From assembly GCA_032718475.1 (NCBI GenBank), contig JAUCBJ010009151.1, positions 1 to 64,000 of the forward strand: a stretch of DNA of 64,000 bases, given 5' to 3'. The position numbers and the translations under genes were made by a program. This DNA is from Nemertoderma westbladi (lineage: Eukaryota > Animalia > Xenacoelomorpha). Below, in pieces: positions 37,618-49,600 of the stretch. The notes below the pieces were generated by a model that was not told where the DNA came from, did no database searches, and saw only the letters and a program-made list of their open reading frames with translations. Numbering within the stretch: position 1 is the first letter of the stretch; each line of letters begins with the position of its first letter.

Positions 37618-38154
37618 ATTTTCGATTATGTTCGTTGCAAATTTACATCTGTTAATTATAAATCCAGAAAGTCTGATACTATAGTGACTGCAGAATAATG
37701 CAGTTTATTTGTAATTCAGTTTATTAAATAACATTGATATATAGGCATCTACCATCTTATTGCTAATACATTCAGCATTTACAGTTACTATAGCTATACA
37801 TTAATATCCAACCAGTTTTGACTTTTTATGTCCTCTTCTTTTTCCAATTCTTTTCTTTCTACATTTTATACATTTTTTTGTCTTTTTTCATTTCTCATTA
37901 TTTTATCATTACATTTCATTTATTTCATCACATTTATTTCCACATTTATTTCACATTTCATCATTTATTTCCACATTTCATCATTGGGGTTATAGCCCCC
38001 CGGCTATCATCATTTGTTATAAGCGCAGCACCAGGGTGCGCATCATTACATTTTCATCATCATACGCGTCATCATTCAGTTTATAGTAGGGTTGTCTGTT
38101 TCTTTTCATCATTTCCAACTACATTCAATCATCTTCTTTGGGAAATTTTCGTTG

Positions 38155-38590
38155 TGGAAGGGGTGTTACGCGGCAATCTGGGATCTACAGCTGGGCTAGT
38201 TACACCGCCTATCTATGCCCCACACTGCACACGTAACGGACAATGAAGACGCTGGAAGTGAAGTCACGTGGAATGCACCAGGGACCCACCAGAATAACAC
38301 ACCCAGCAACATAAAGCTCAGCCTACGAAGTCATGTGGGATGGGGTTACGCAACATTCTGGGATCTACAGCTGGAATAGTTACACCGCCTACGCCCCAAA
38401 TCCATGCAACGGTCCCACCAGAATAATGCGACTGAGAAACATAAAACCTCTATCGACGAAGTCATGTGGATGCACCATGGACCCACCAGAATAACGGGAT
38501 AGAGGGGGTGTTGCGCGGCAATCCGAGATCTACAGCTGGACTAGTTACACCGCCTACGCCCCGAACTGCGCAAGCAACGGACAACACAAC
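38155..38590. repeat. Three imperfect ~170-180-bp tandem repeats between pol and ORF3
   Basis: GATCTACAGCTGGNNTAGTTACACCGCCTA at ~38182, 38362 and 38527; CCCACCAGAATAA three times. Confidence 0.85.
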
Positions 38591-38847
38591 ATAATACAAT
38601 GAATACAATGAATTCCACTTCAAATCTTTACCATTTCCAATAATCCAATGTCAATGACCAAAATCAGGGTAAACAATACATAAACGACCCTGCGTCAGTA
38701 GAAACATCTGCAGGGTGACGCTGGACTCCACATAACACACGAGGAAACACAAATACCATTGCATGGTTACAGTTGGTTTAAGGGGGGTCCATTCTCATTG
38801 TCAGTAAATCACAGTTTAAAAGAGTTTGTCAACAGGATGAGAAGGGT

Positions 38848-41800
38848 TTAAACAGGTTTAGCATTGTCACCAATGTCTGCAGCAGGATCCGGAGTAGGGA
38901 ACTTATCACCTCTCATGGAGTCACCACTGTCATTGCCTTCGAGAAGGCACAGCCTCTGGATAGGGCGTTGGTAGTGGCCCTTTGCCGTTCGTATCGTCAC
39001 AGTCCTCGCAAGTCCGTCTTTACTTGGAGTTATTGCCACGACTCGCGCCACAGGCCAGTGGACGCGGTCTTTGAGGTCTTCCTTCACTAGCACCATGTCA
39101 CCAACTGCGACATTCCTATAGGTGTTGTTCCACTTCCTCCTGGTCCGGAGGGTTATGAGGTACTCTTGGGCCCAGATTCTCCACCAATGCGCTGGCAACG
39201 CTTGGGCCTTCTTCCAATTGGTATGTCTCGCGATATCGTTGGGATCCGGAAACATCGTCTCTGGAAGAATATGGGTTTTGGGTCTTCCGAGTAGATGGTT
39301 AGGAGTGAGGGGCTCCAGATCTGTGGGGTCGTCGCGGATAGGGACGATGGGCCGGTTGTTTAGGGTAGCCGTGATCTCGCAGAATGTTGTGCGGAGGGTG
39401 TCATGGGTTACCCGGGTGTCTCCTAATGCGACGCGCATGGATCGTTTTACCAAGTCGATGAGCTTCTCCCATACCCCGCTCGTATGGGGTGCTAAGGGTG
39501 TTTGGAAGTGCCACTGTATATGGTGTTCCCTCCAGACTTGGGATGCGGTGTCCTCGGTGAACCATCCCTCGATCGCCTCTCTAAGTTCTCTTTCTCCTCC
39601 CACAAAGTTTGTACCATTATCGGAGTACATATGACGACATGTTCCATTGTTCGCCACGAACCGACGCAGGGCGTTTATAAATGCGTGTTGCGTAAGGTTC
39701 ACCACGATGTCTAGGTAGATTGCCCTAGACCTAAGGCAGGTAAAGATGGCTCCCCAGCATTTGATGTTGGATCGTCGCTCAATGACCGTGAATGGTCCGA
39801 AATAGTCTACTCCGGTTACATAGAACGGTGGGGAATCGGACTGTAGACGTGTGGCTGGTAAGTCGGCCATCCTTTGTGTGAGTGGTGGCGCTAGATATCT
39901 TCTGCAGGGAAAACAACGTTTTAACACTTTCCGGATCAGTGGCTGGATGTGGGTGATCCAATATCTTTGTCCTATATTAGCCATAATCCAGTTCTGTCCC
40001 GCGTGATGGTTTTCCTCGTGACACTGTTGGATTAATAGCTTGGCTAGTGTTGACGTTCTGGGCAGAAGCGCTGGGTATTTGACCTCGTATTCAACCGGGG
40101 CATTTGCCATCCGGGTATTCAGTCGAATCAGTCCGTCCTCTCCCATCATTGGTCTCAATTGATAGACTGGACTGTCCGGTTTCAAGGTCTTGCCTGCACT
40201 GAGTTGTTCCCACTCGTCGGGGAAACTTACTTTCTGGACATATCTAACAATACATTTCTCCGCAATGATGAGTTCTTGTATACTTCGTTGAACTATCGGT
40301 TTGTTGTCTTTCCACCGCAGGAAGTTGCGAAGGGTTATGATGTGGTGGATGAGACGTCTCATTGAGGAAGTTCGCTCGATCAATAGTTGTAAAGACGCCG
40401 CTGGTTGTGTGACAGTCGCGACATTATAGTGCCTGCCCGAGTCCTTTGCAGGCTCGGTCAGACAACTATAGATCTCCATTGCGGCGCTTCTATGGACTTT
40501 ACGGATCTCCTTGTCGTCTTCGGAGTATTTTCCGCTATCGAGTTCGGGATCGAATCGGGTACTCCAGGTTAATTGTGGCTGCTGTAGGAATTCCGGGCCG
40601 GTGTGCCAGAGTTTACTTTTACTGAGCTGTCGTGGGGTGGCGCCTCTGCTCGATAAGTCCACTGGGTTTTCTTTTCCATTTACATGGTGCCACTGTTCTC
40701 GGCTGGTGCACTGTTTTATCTCCGTAGCTCGGTTCGCTACGAACGTGGTGTGTCGCCGTGATGGTGAGTGGAGGTAGTAGAGAACGATACTCGAATCGGC
40801 CCAGAAATGTTGCGATTCGATGGGGATTCGTAGGTTCCGCATGACTATGCGGTTCTGTCTCACTGCCCAAACTGCGGACTGTAGCTCAAGTCTCGGAATC
40901 GTTGCTACGAATTTCCCGGATACTGTCTTAGCCTTAGAAAATAAGAAGCTCGTATCGCCGTTTCCATCTTGACTTAGTCTTCTTAGGAAAGTGACTACGC
41001 CGATTCCGGTATTCGAAGCTTCCGAGAAAGTGTGGAGCTGGAAGATATCGGTGGGTAGTTTATCGAGGAAGAACGGTCGAGGGATCCGCATAAGATGTAA
41101 ATGTTCGAGTTGTTCCATCCACTTTCTCCATTTGACACTGAGGTGCGGGGGGAGTTCTTCGTCCCATCCCAGTCCTTCTATCCACATTTCCTTAATCAAA
41201 TTCATTCCGGCCAAGGTTACCGGAGATATGAAGTTTAGTGGGTCGAATATTGCACTTTTTATAGACAAACATCCCCTTTTCGTCATGGGCTTAGGTAGGG
41301 GGTTATATTTGAAGATGAATTCATCCAATTCTATGTCCCCTTCAATGCCGAGTACATGGTGATCCACATCCTCGGAATACATTTTATTGTTGTCCAGTCT
41401 GATTTCTTCTGGAAACCTTTCCATGAGTTTTTTGTCGTGGGATCGAGGGGGAAACCTCCTTTATTTAAACATTCCACCATCCCCATCACTAGCTGATATG
41501 CCTCGTCAATATTATCGGCACCGGCGCATCCGTCATCCATGTAGAAGCATCGTCGGATGGTTTCTATGACTGTTGGAGGGAACTCGTTTTCGCACATAGT
41601 CGTTGTTTTCTTCAGCATGTCACTACATGCTACCGGCGAGTCCTTAGCGCCGAAGATCCTGACGATCATGCGCATTACGTCCACATCCTTCAATGTGAGT
41701 TGACTTATCTCCTGTGGAGTTAATGTTTTATCCGTTCATAATATATGCAGACAGTCTGAGTCTCTTGGTAGCGTTCGGACCTGGTGAAACATCGCTTTGA

Positions 41801-44800
41801 TGTCGCATGTGAATGCTATCCGGTTTTCCCTGAACCTGATGAACACGCCGATAAGTGTACTGTATATGTTGGGCCCTGTATAAAGTTGGCTGTTCAGGGA
41901 TTCGCCTTGATACATAGCAGCAGCATCATTGACTACTCGGATTTTACCGCCCTTCCGGGCTTCTACCACATAGTGGGTTGGGAGATAATATGTTCTTCTA
42001 CCCCCTTGCAGTTCATTCCGGGGTACCATTTCTGCCAATCCATCTTCTAGATATCCTTTGATTACATTATTATATTTCTCCTTTATCTCGGGTTGGTCAT
42101 TCAACCAGCGTAGGATTCCTTTAAGCCGCCTAAGGGCCATGTTGGCATTATTCGCCATTGGTTTATCTGGGTCTTTCCATAGCATGGGTGAACACCAATG
42201 TCCATCTTTGAACGTGGCCTGATCAAGGACGTCAATACAATATTGATCTTCCTCGGACGGGTTCTCGTCCTTTTCAGCAAACTCTTGGGTCTCTAGATTA
42301 AAGTATTTGGTCATCTCCTGCTGGGTTTTCTCAGTCTCAAGGAATAAGTCCTCGTCCAGGTCTGTTGCTGAACAATAACCCACGGATGTTGCGTTCTCTT
42401 TAATCTGGCATTTAGGGAGATATGTATAAGTGTCTGTCTTCTCCTCTTTGATGCCGCAGAGTGTCCAACCCATGATCGTGCGTTCGGCATAGAAGCCGTC
42501 ATCCGGCTTTACAGATCGGGCGACGTCTCCGGTGGGTATGTGTAATTCCGGTGTTTCTAGTCCGATCAATAGGGTGATTCGGTTCACGTCCAATGGTGGA
42601 CATCGTAGGTCTACATCTTACCGGTCTAACTGTATGAGGGGTGCGTATTCAGCTGATTGTCGGAACCGCACTCGGAGATCGGTGTGTACGTTCTCGTGTG
42701 TTCTTGATCGTCAGCTTGACCGTCTCGTAACCCTTCATGACTCCTTCCATCTGGAGCTGTACCTCCCCGGACTCTACTTCTCTATGATCAGTGATAGTTT
42801 GTATGGGCCGTTTGCAAGGTTCGTAGTCTAGGCTGAGTTGTTCGAGGAAATCCCGGTCGATGATGGTTCCGTCCGACCCGTTATCAAGGAACGCGAGCAT
42901 TGTCAAGGATTTCCTGACCCCTTGAATTCTTACTGGGATTACTTTAGCGAAGACCATGTAACAGCGATTTATAAGGTTGATCGTGGCCGAGATATTTGTC
43001 ACTTGTGATACATCGGTGGAGGTCTTAAACGGGTTGGTTTCCCTCCGTTGAATCGTCCTGGTTCCTTTAGAGACGTGGTTCGTTTCTCCTCTTCGTTTGG
43101 CTTCAATCCGAAAGGGGAGGGTGGTAAAGTCAAAGTTCGCTGGGATGTGGAGGAGTGTGTGATGACGTAGGTCATTACAGACCGCACAGCACGATCTTTG
43201 GTCACAATCCCGAACATAGTGACCTGTTCCAAGACACCGGAAGCATCCTCGGTGTTTCATTATCGCCTCGAAGCGTGGGACGAGTTCAGCAAACTGGAAC
43301 TTTCTGCAGAATTCCACCTTATGTTTCTCTCCGCAGAAGAGACAGAGAAGGGAGGTTGTGGTACCTTCCCTTTCGGGTGCCCAATTCGCAAGATACCACA
43401 CCCATTCCTCGGCTGATGTCGGTTCCTCGTAGTCCTCGTCGTCGGAATCCTCGGCCATGGTGATAGCCATCGTACTCACTGGAGGGGGACGGAATCTCGG
43501 TTTCTGAGTGGGTGTCCTGCTCCTGGAGTTGTTCTCTATTCTGTCTAACTTGGCGAGACTTTGTTTGGAGAACATCGAGTCATTCAGGGCTTCGGAGATA
43601 TCATCCAGGAATGCCAACATTTCGAGGAAACTGGGATCTCGATCTGGGTGTCTGCGTCGGAGATCTACGCATTTATACGCCCACTTACTTTGCAGCCATC
43701 CGGGGAACTTTCGGGCAATCTGTCGGAGGTTTAGAATGTTGTTTACTTGTTCCTCCTTATTTAATGGTTTTAGAGTGTAGTAGGCATCTTTCATGGAATC
43801 CGAGATCTCCTGGGTATTCTGTGGGTCCCCTAGGGATCCCGCGTCCTGTATCAGTTTCTCGAGAGTTTTATTAATTATAGTCCCGATATTTCCGTATCTT
43901 TTGTCTAGATTTTTCCATGCGTCATAGTATGCTTCATAAGATCCTCCCTCAAAACATTTAATGATTCGGCGTGGTTTTTCGCCCAGGTATTGGGATAAAT
44001 ATACCAGTTTTTGTGCGTCGGTTATATCCGTTGACCCAATCTGAGCGAAGAACCGTTTCTTGAATCCGAGGTAATCGACGGGGTCTCCTTCGAAGGTGCG
44101 GATCTCCATCTTGGGCATGGCCAGGCAGTTTTCCAATGCCCGGATAATGCCGACGTCATCTGAACTGGAATGACTAGGAGGGTTATAGTTATTGGCACTC
44201 TCTCCCATGCACGATGGATCGATGAGAGGCGGAGTTTTAATGATGACGTGGTTACGGATTTGTGGTGTGGATGTAAATGGGTTGTTGGATTGAGGGGTGG
44301 CGTCCCGTTCCGAGTCCTTTTCAGGCTCGTACTTGGGAACGCTCGGGACAGTGGGGTTGGCTGGGAAATAAGGTTCCTCATTCTTAAGCATAACCGGTGG
44401 GGGATGGAATACCGGTGCTTGTGCCGATAACGTAGACTGTATGGTTGGCGGGAACTCGGGTTTCGGAGGTTTCGCCGCCGGTGGCGTAAATGACTTCTCT
44501 AATTCCGGGACCGGGATTGGTTCATAGTTCTGTTCTATACCCCTTTCCCAGTCCTCATATAGTTGAAGATCCCGTTCTATGAGTGCGGCTTCGTATTCCG
44601 CGAGTTTCGCAATATCCGCATTCTTTTTGTGGATGAGAATCGCTTGGGCCTCGGCATGTTGTTTACGCATTTCTGCCTCTAGTTTGCGTTGTTCGGCCTC
44701 TTATTCAGCCTCTCGTTCATGTTGTTCGGCTTCTCGTTTGCGGATTTCGGCCTCTCGTTTACGGAGTTCGGCCTGTTGTTCGGCCTCTCGTTTTTGCATT

Positions 44801-45195
44801 TCGGCTGCTAATACATCCTGTTCGACTCGCAGTTGAACATATTCATCTTCCATCCGAGCTTTGAGGGCCAATGCCCTCTGTTCTCGTAGCTGATCTCGGA
44901 GTGACTGACCCCCTTGAGAACTGCGTGCTGAACCGGACATCTTGCTCCTAGCGCTGGAGTGCTGGTGCCTCGAGGACCCCATTCTCTTTCGATGAATTGC
45001 TGTCCTGGTGCTGGAGGTTCACACTGATTCTGCGTCTGTTCTTTCAGCTCTCTTATAGTACTGTTCCTCGTAGCCTCTCACGAGGCTGAGGGTCCTCCGG
45101 TGTTGTTTGCGGAACTCATCTAGATGTACAACGTCGGCTTCCGAGTCTGTGTGGTGGTCCATCTCATCGGTATCGGAGACGTTGTTCATCGTCAT
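38848..45195 (-). pseudogene. gag-pol: Element D gag-pol, decayed by several stops and frameshifts
   Basis: ATG at 45195; RTFEGDPVDYLGF (gag), three knuckles, FLDNGSDGT (PR), FYMDD (RT), TIPRLEL/WADS (RH), TGVDYFGP/YSDNGTNF/GVWEKL (IN). Confidence 0.93.
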
Positions 45196-45590
45196 TCTAG
45201 CGCCTCGTTGATAGCTAGATATGCGATGTCGGAAAATAGTTCTTCGTAGGTCTCGTATTCAGCTTGGACTACCTGAATGGTAATCCTGAATCATCCGACG
45301 TTCGTTCCTTGTACTTCAACTTCGACGTCCCAGATTCCTGGCTCAACTTGGATTATATCAATGGGTGTGATCGATACTTCCATTCCCTGTTAACGACTCT
45401 CTATATGTGATCTACCAACTACGAGTTTATTAGTTCGAGTTTGTCGATTGATTAAACCACGGCTTTGTCTTAACTCAAATACCAGAGTTTCCTCGTAGTG
45501 GGTGCTGGGTAAGCACGGAGAGAGTTTGAAGAATATTGTAGGATTCCCAACTTCCACCAGTCGAAGTTGGCCGCATCTTATTCTCAATTT

Positions 45591-46669
45591 TGTTGCCGTT
45601 ATTCCCGACACAATGGGGGAAAACGCCGATGCTGGAGGCGGAACTTTTCAGACCACGGAATCCCGGCCAGTCACCGGATATTGGTAGTGGAGAAGGAATA
45701 CGTTCTTAAATGCAAGATTGCGGTTGAGGAAAAGTTTCATTGGTTGGATATACTCTTTAATGTAACTTCCCTACAGTTGAACCTTGATTGAGAATAAGTT
45801 GGGCTTCCCCAAACCAATATACACCAAATATTCACAATAATATAACACGACAATATAAATCCCTACAGTATATTATTTAATTACCCACTGTTCGCTCAGA
45901 TTTTAGCCTAACTAATGTTCTCAAATTTTCCCCCGGTCCTGGTCTCGGTACCGTAGTGTCGGTGTTGGTCGACCCTGTTGCGTGTCCGTCCCACCCTTCC
46001 CGAACCCCGAAGGGATCGGTCAGGAACCAGTACGGCTTGGCTAGGGGGTCTATCAGCCCGTCGTGAGCCCCAACGGTTGGTGGTTTTCCGAGTCCTTATT
46101 CAGGCTCGTACTAACGCCGGTCGTGGAACCCACTTCAGGAAGGCAGTCCTCGTCGAACCCTTCCTCCGTTAGTCGGTCAACCCGTTCGCGTGTCCGTCCC
46201 ACCCTTCCCGAACCCCGAAGGGATCGGTCAGGAACCAGTACGGCTTGGCTAGGGGTCTGTCGTCGGTTCCCGTCGCAAATCCCTGACACAAGCAGCAGAC
46301 TTTCCGATGTCCTTTTCAGGCTCGTAATAACTGCTGTTGGCCAGGGACCGCTAAGGGCAGTCCTTGTCCTTTAGACCTAGTGAGTTACCAAATCCACCTC
46401 TACAGGCAGCAGGAAGTTGGCTAGGCCTAATAGTAATCAGGCAAATCTGAATACTGCTTAACTTTGCCTCCCACCCCTGGCCCTTAAATACATGAAATGA
46501 GTCCCGTACCCCGTAAGTCGCCCCAATATTCGCCCATAAATCGCCCCCAGTCCATTGAATGTGCCCAAATCCCATGTTCCCACACCCAGTAGTGATATCG
46601 GAATATTCATTTTAAATAAATCCAAAAAATATTCAACTCGCGTTAGGAAAAGTTGAAATACCGCGAACA
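45591..46669 (-). repeat. 5' LTR of element D (1079 bp)
   Basis: TG...CA termini; near-identical to the 3' LTR apart from repeat number. Confidence 0.95.
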
Positions 46670-49600
46670 GTTACACCAACTGGCAATCGCTGCACTCATG
46701 TTGCCACTGTTATACCGACCAGTAATTGCTGCAATCGTGTAGCCACTGTTATACCAACCGGTAATCGGTGCACTCGTGTAGCCACTGTTATACCGACCAG
46801 TAATCGCTGCACTCATTTAGCCACTGTTATACCAACCCGTAATCTCTGCACTTGTGTAGCCACTTTTATACCAATCGGTAATCGCTGCACTCATGTAGCC
46901 ACTGTTATACCAACTGGTAATCACTGCACTCGTGTAGCCACTGTTACACCAACTGGTAATTGCTGCACTCGTGCAGCCACTGTCATACCGACTGGTAATC
47001 GCTGCACTCGTGTAGCCACAGTTATACCAACCAGTAATCGCTGCACTTGTGTAGCCACTGTTATACCAACCGGTAATCACTGCACTCATGTAGCCACTGT
47101 TACACCAACTGGTAATCGCTGCACTCATGTAGCCACTGTTATACCGCTAGTAATCGCTACACTCGTGTAGCCACTGTTACACCAACTGGTAATTGCTGCA
47201 CTCGTTTAGCCACTGTTATACCAACCGGTAATCACTGCACTCGTGTTGCCATTGTTACACCAACTGGTAATCGCTGCACTCGTGTTGCCGCTGTTATACC
47301 GACCAGTAATTGCTGCACTCCTGTAGCCACTGTTATACCAACTGGTAAGCGCTGCTCTCGTGTAGCCACTGTTATAACAAACTGGTAATTGCTGCACTAG
47401 TGTAGCCACTGTTATACCGACCAGTAATCGCTGCACTCGTTTAGCAACTGTTAAACCAACCGGTAATCACTGCACTCGTGTAGCCACTGTTATACCGACC
47501 AGTAATCACTGTACTCGTGTCGCCACTGTTATACCAACCGGTAATTGCTGCACTCATGTAGCCACTGTTATACTGAACGGAAATCGCTGCACTCATGTAG
47601 CCACTGTTATACCAACCGGTAATCACTGCACTCGTGTTGCCACTGTTACACCAACTGGTAATCGCTGCACTCATTTAGCCACTGTTATACCGACCATAAA
47701 TCGCTGCACTCGTGTAACCACTGTTATACCAACTGGTAATCGGTGAACTCGTTTAGCCACTGTTATACCAACCGGTAATCATTGCACTCGTGTAGCCACT
47801 GTTTTACCGACTGGTAAATGCTACACTCGTTTAGCCACTGTTATACTGACCGAATATCTGCACTCGTGTAGCCACTGTTATACCAACCAGTAATCCCTGC
47901 ACTCGTGTAGCAACTGTTTTTCCGACTGGTAATCGCTGCACTTGTGTAGCCACTGTTATACTGACCAGTAATCACTGCACTCGTGTAGCCACTGTTATAC
48001 CAACCAATAATTGCTGCACTCGTGAAGCCACTGTTATACCGACTGATAAATGCTACACTCGTTTAGCCACTGTTATACCGACCGGAAATCGCTGCACTCA
48101 TGTAGCCACTGTTATACCAACCAGTAATTGTTACACTCATTTAGCCACTGTTATACTGACCAGTAATCGCTGCACTCGTGTAGCCACTGTTATACTGACC
48201 AGTAATCACTGCACTCTTGTTGCCACTGTTACACAGACCAGTAATAGCTGCACTCGTTTAGCCACTGTTATACCAACTGGTAATCTGTGCATTCGTGTAG
48301 TCACTGTTATACTGATCAGTAATCACTGCACTCGTGTAGCCATTGTTATACCGACCAGTAATCGCTGCACTCGTCCAGCCACTGTTATACCGACTGGTAA
48401 TCGCTGCACTCATGTAGCCACTGTTATACCGACCAGTAATCGCTGCACTCGTGTAGCCATTGTTACACCAACTAGTAATCGCTGCACTCATGTAGCCACT
48501 GTTATACCAACCGGTAATCGCTGCACTCGTGTAGCCACTGTTATACCGACCGGTAATTGCTACACTCGTTTAGCCACTGTTATACCGACCAGAAATCACT
48601 GCACTCGTGTAGCCACTGTTATACCAACCGGTAATCGCTGCACTCATTTAGCGACTGTTATACCGACCGGTAAATGCTACACTCGTTTAGCCGCTGTTAT
48701 ACTGACCAGTAATTGCTGCACTCGTGTAGCCACTATTATACCAACTGGTAATCGGTGCACTCGTTTAGCCACTGTTATACCAACCGGTAATCGCTGCACT
48801 CGTGTAGCCACTGTTATACCGACCAGTAATCGCTGTACTTGTGTAGCCACTGTTATACCGACCAGTAATTGCTGCTCTCATGTAGCCACTGTTATACCGA
48901 CCAGTAATCGCTGCACTCATGTAGCCTCTGTTATACTGACCGGAAATTGCTGCACTCGTGTAGCCACTGTTATCCCAAATGGTAATTCATACACTCGTGT
49001 AGCCACTGTTACACCGACCAGTAATCTCTGCACTTGTGTAGCCACTGTTATACTGACCGGTAATTGCTGCACTCATGTAGCCACTGTTATACCGACCGGT
49101 AATTGCTACACTCGTTTAGCCACTGTTATACCAACTGGTATTCGCTGCACTCGTGTAGCCACTGTATTACTGACCAGTAATCACTGCACTCGTGTAGCCA
49201 CTGTTATACCGACCAGTAATTGCTGCACTCGTGTAGCCACTGTTATACCAACTGGTAATCGCTGCACTCATGTAGCCACTGTTATACGACTGGTAAATGC
49301 TACACTCGTTTAGCCACTGTTATACTGACCAGTAATTGCTGCACTCGTGTAGCCACTGTTATACCTACCAGTAATCACTGCACTCGTGTAGCGACTGTTA
49401 TACCAACTGGTAATTGGTGCACTCATTTAGCCACTGTTATACCAACCTGTAATAACTGCACTCGTGTAGCCACTGTTATACCGACCGGTATTTGCTACAC
49501 TCGTTTAGCCAATGTTATACCAACCAGTAATCGCTGCACTCATGTAGCCACAGTTATACCGACTGGTAATCGCTGCACTCGTGTAGCCACTGTTATACCA

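Larger units (their letters stand above)
33514..46669 (-). mobile_element. Bel/Pao LTR retrotransposon D with an extra cargo ORF, inserted in the satellite
   Basis: LTRs TGTTGCC...CGAACA; TSD GTTAC at 33509-33513 and 46670-46674; PPT TGGGGGAGAC (minus) at 34811-34820. Confidence 0.96.
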
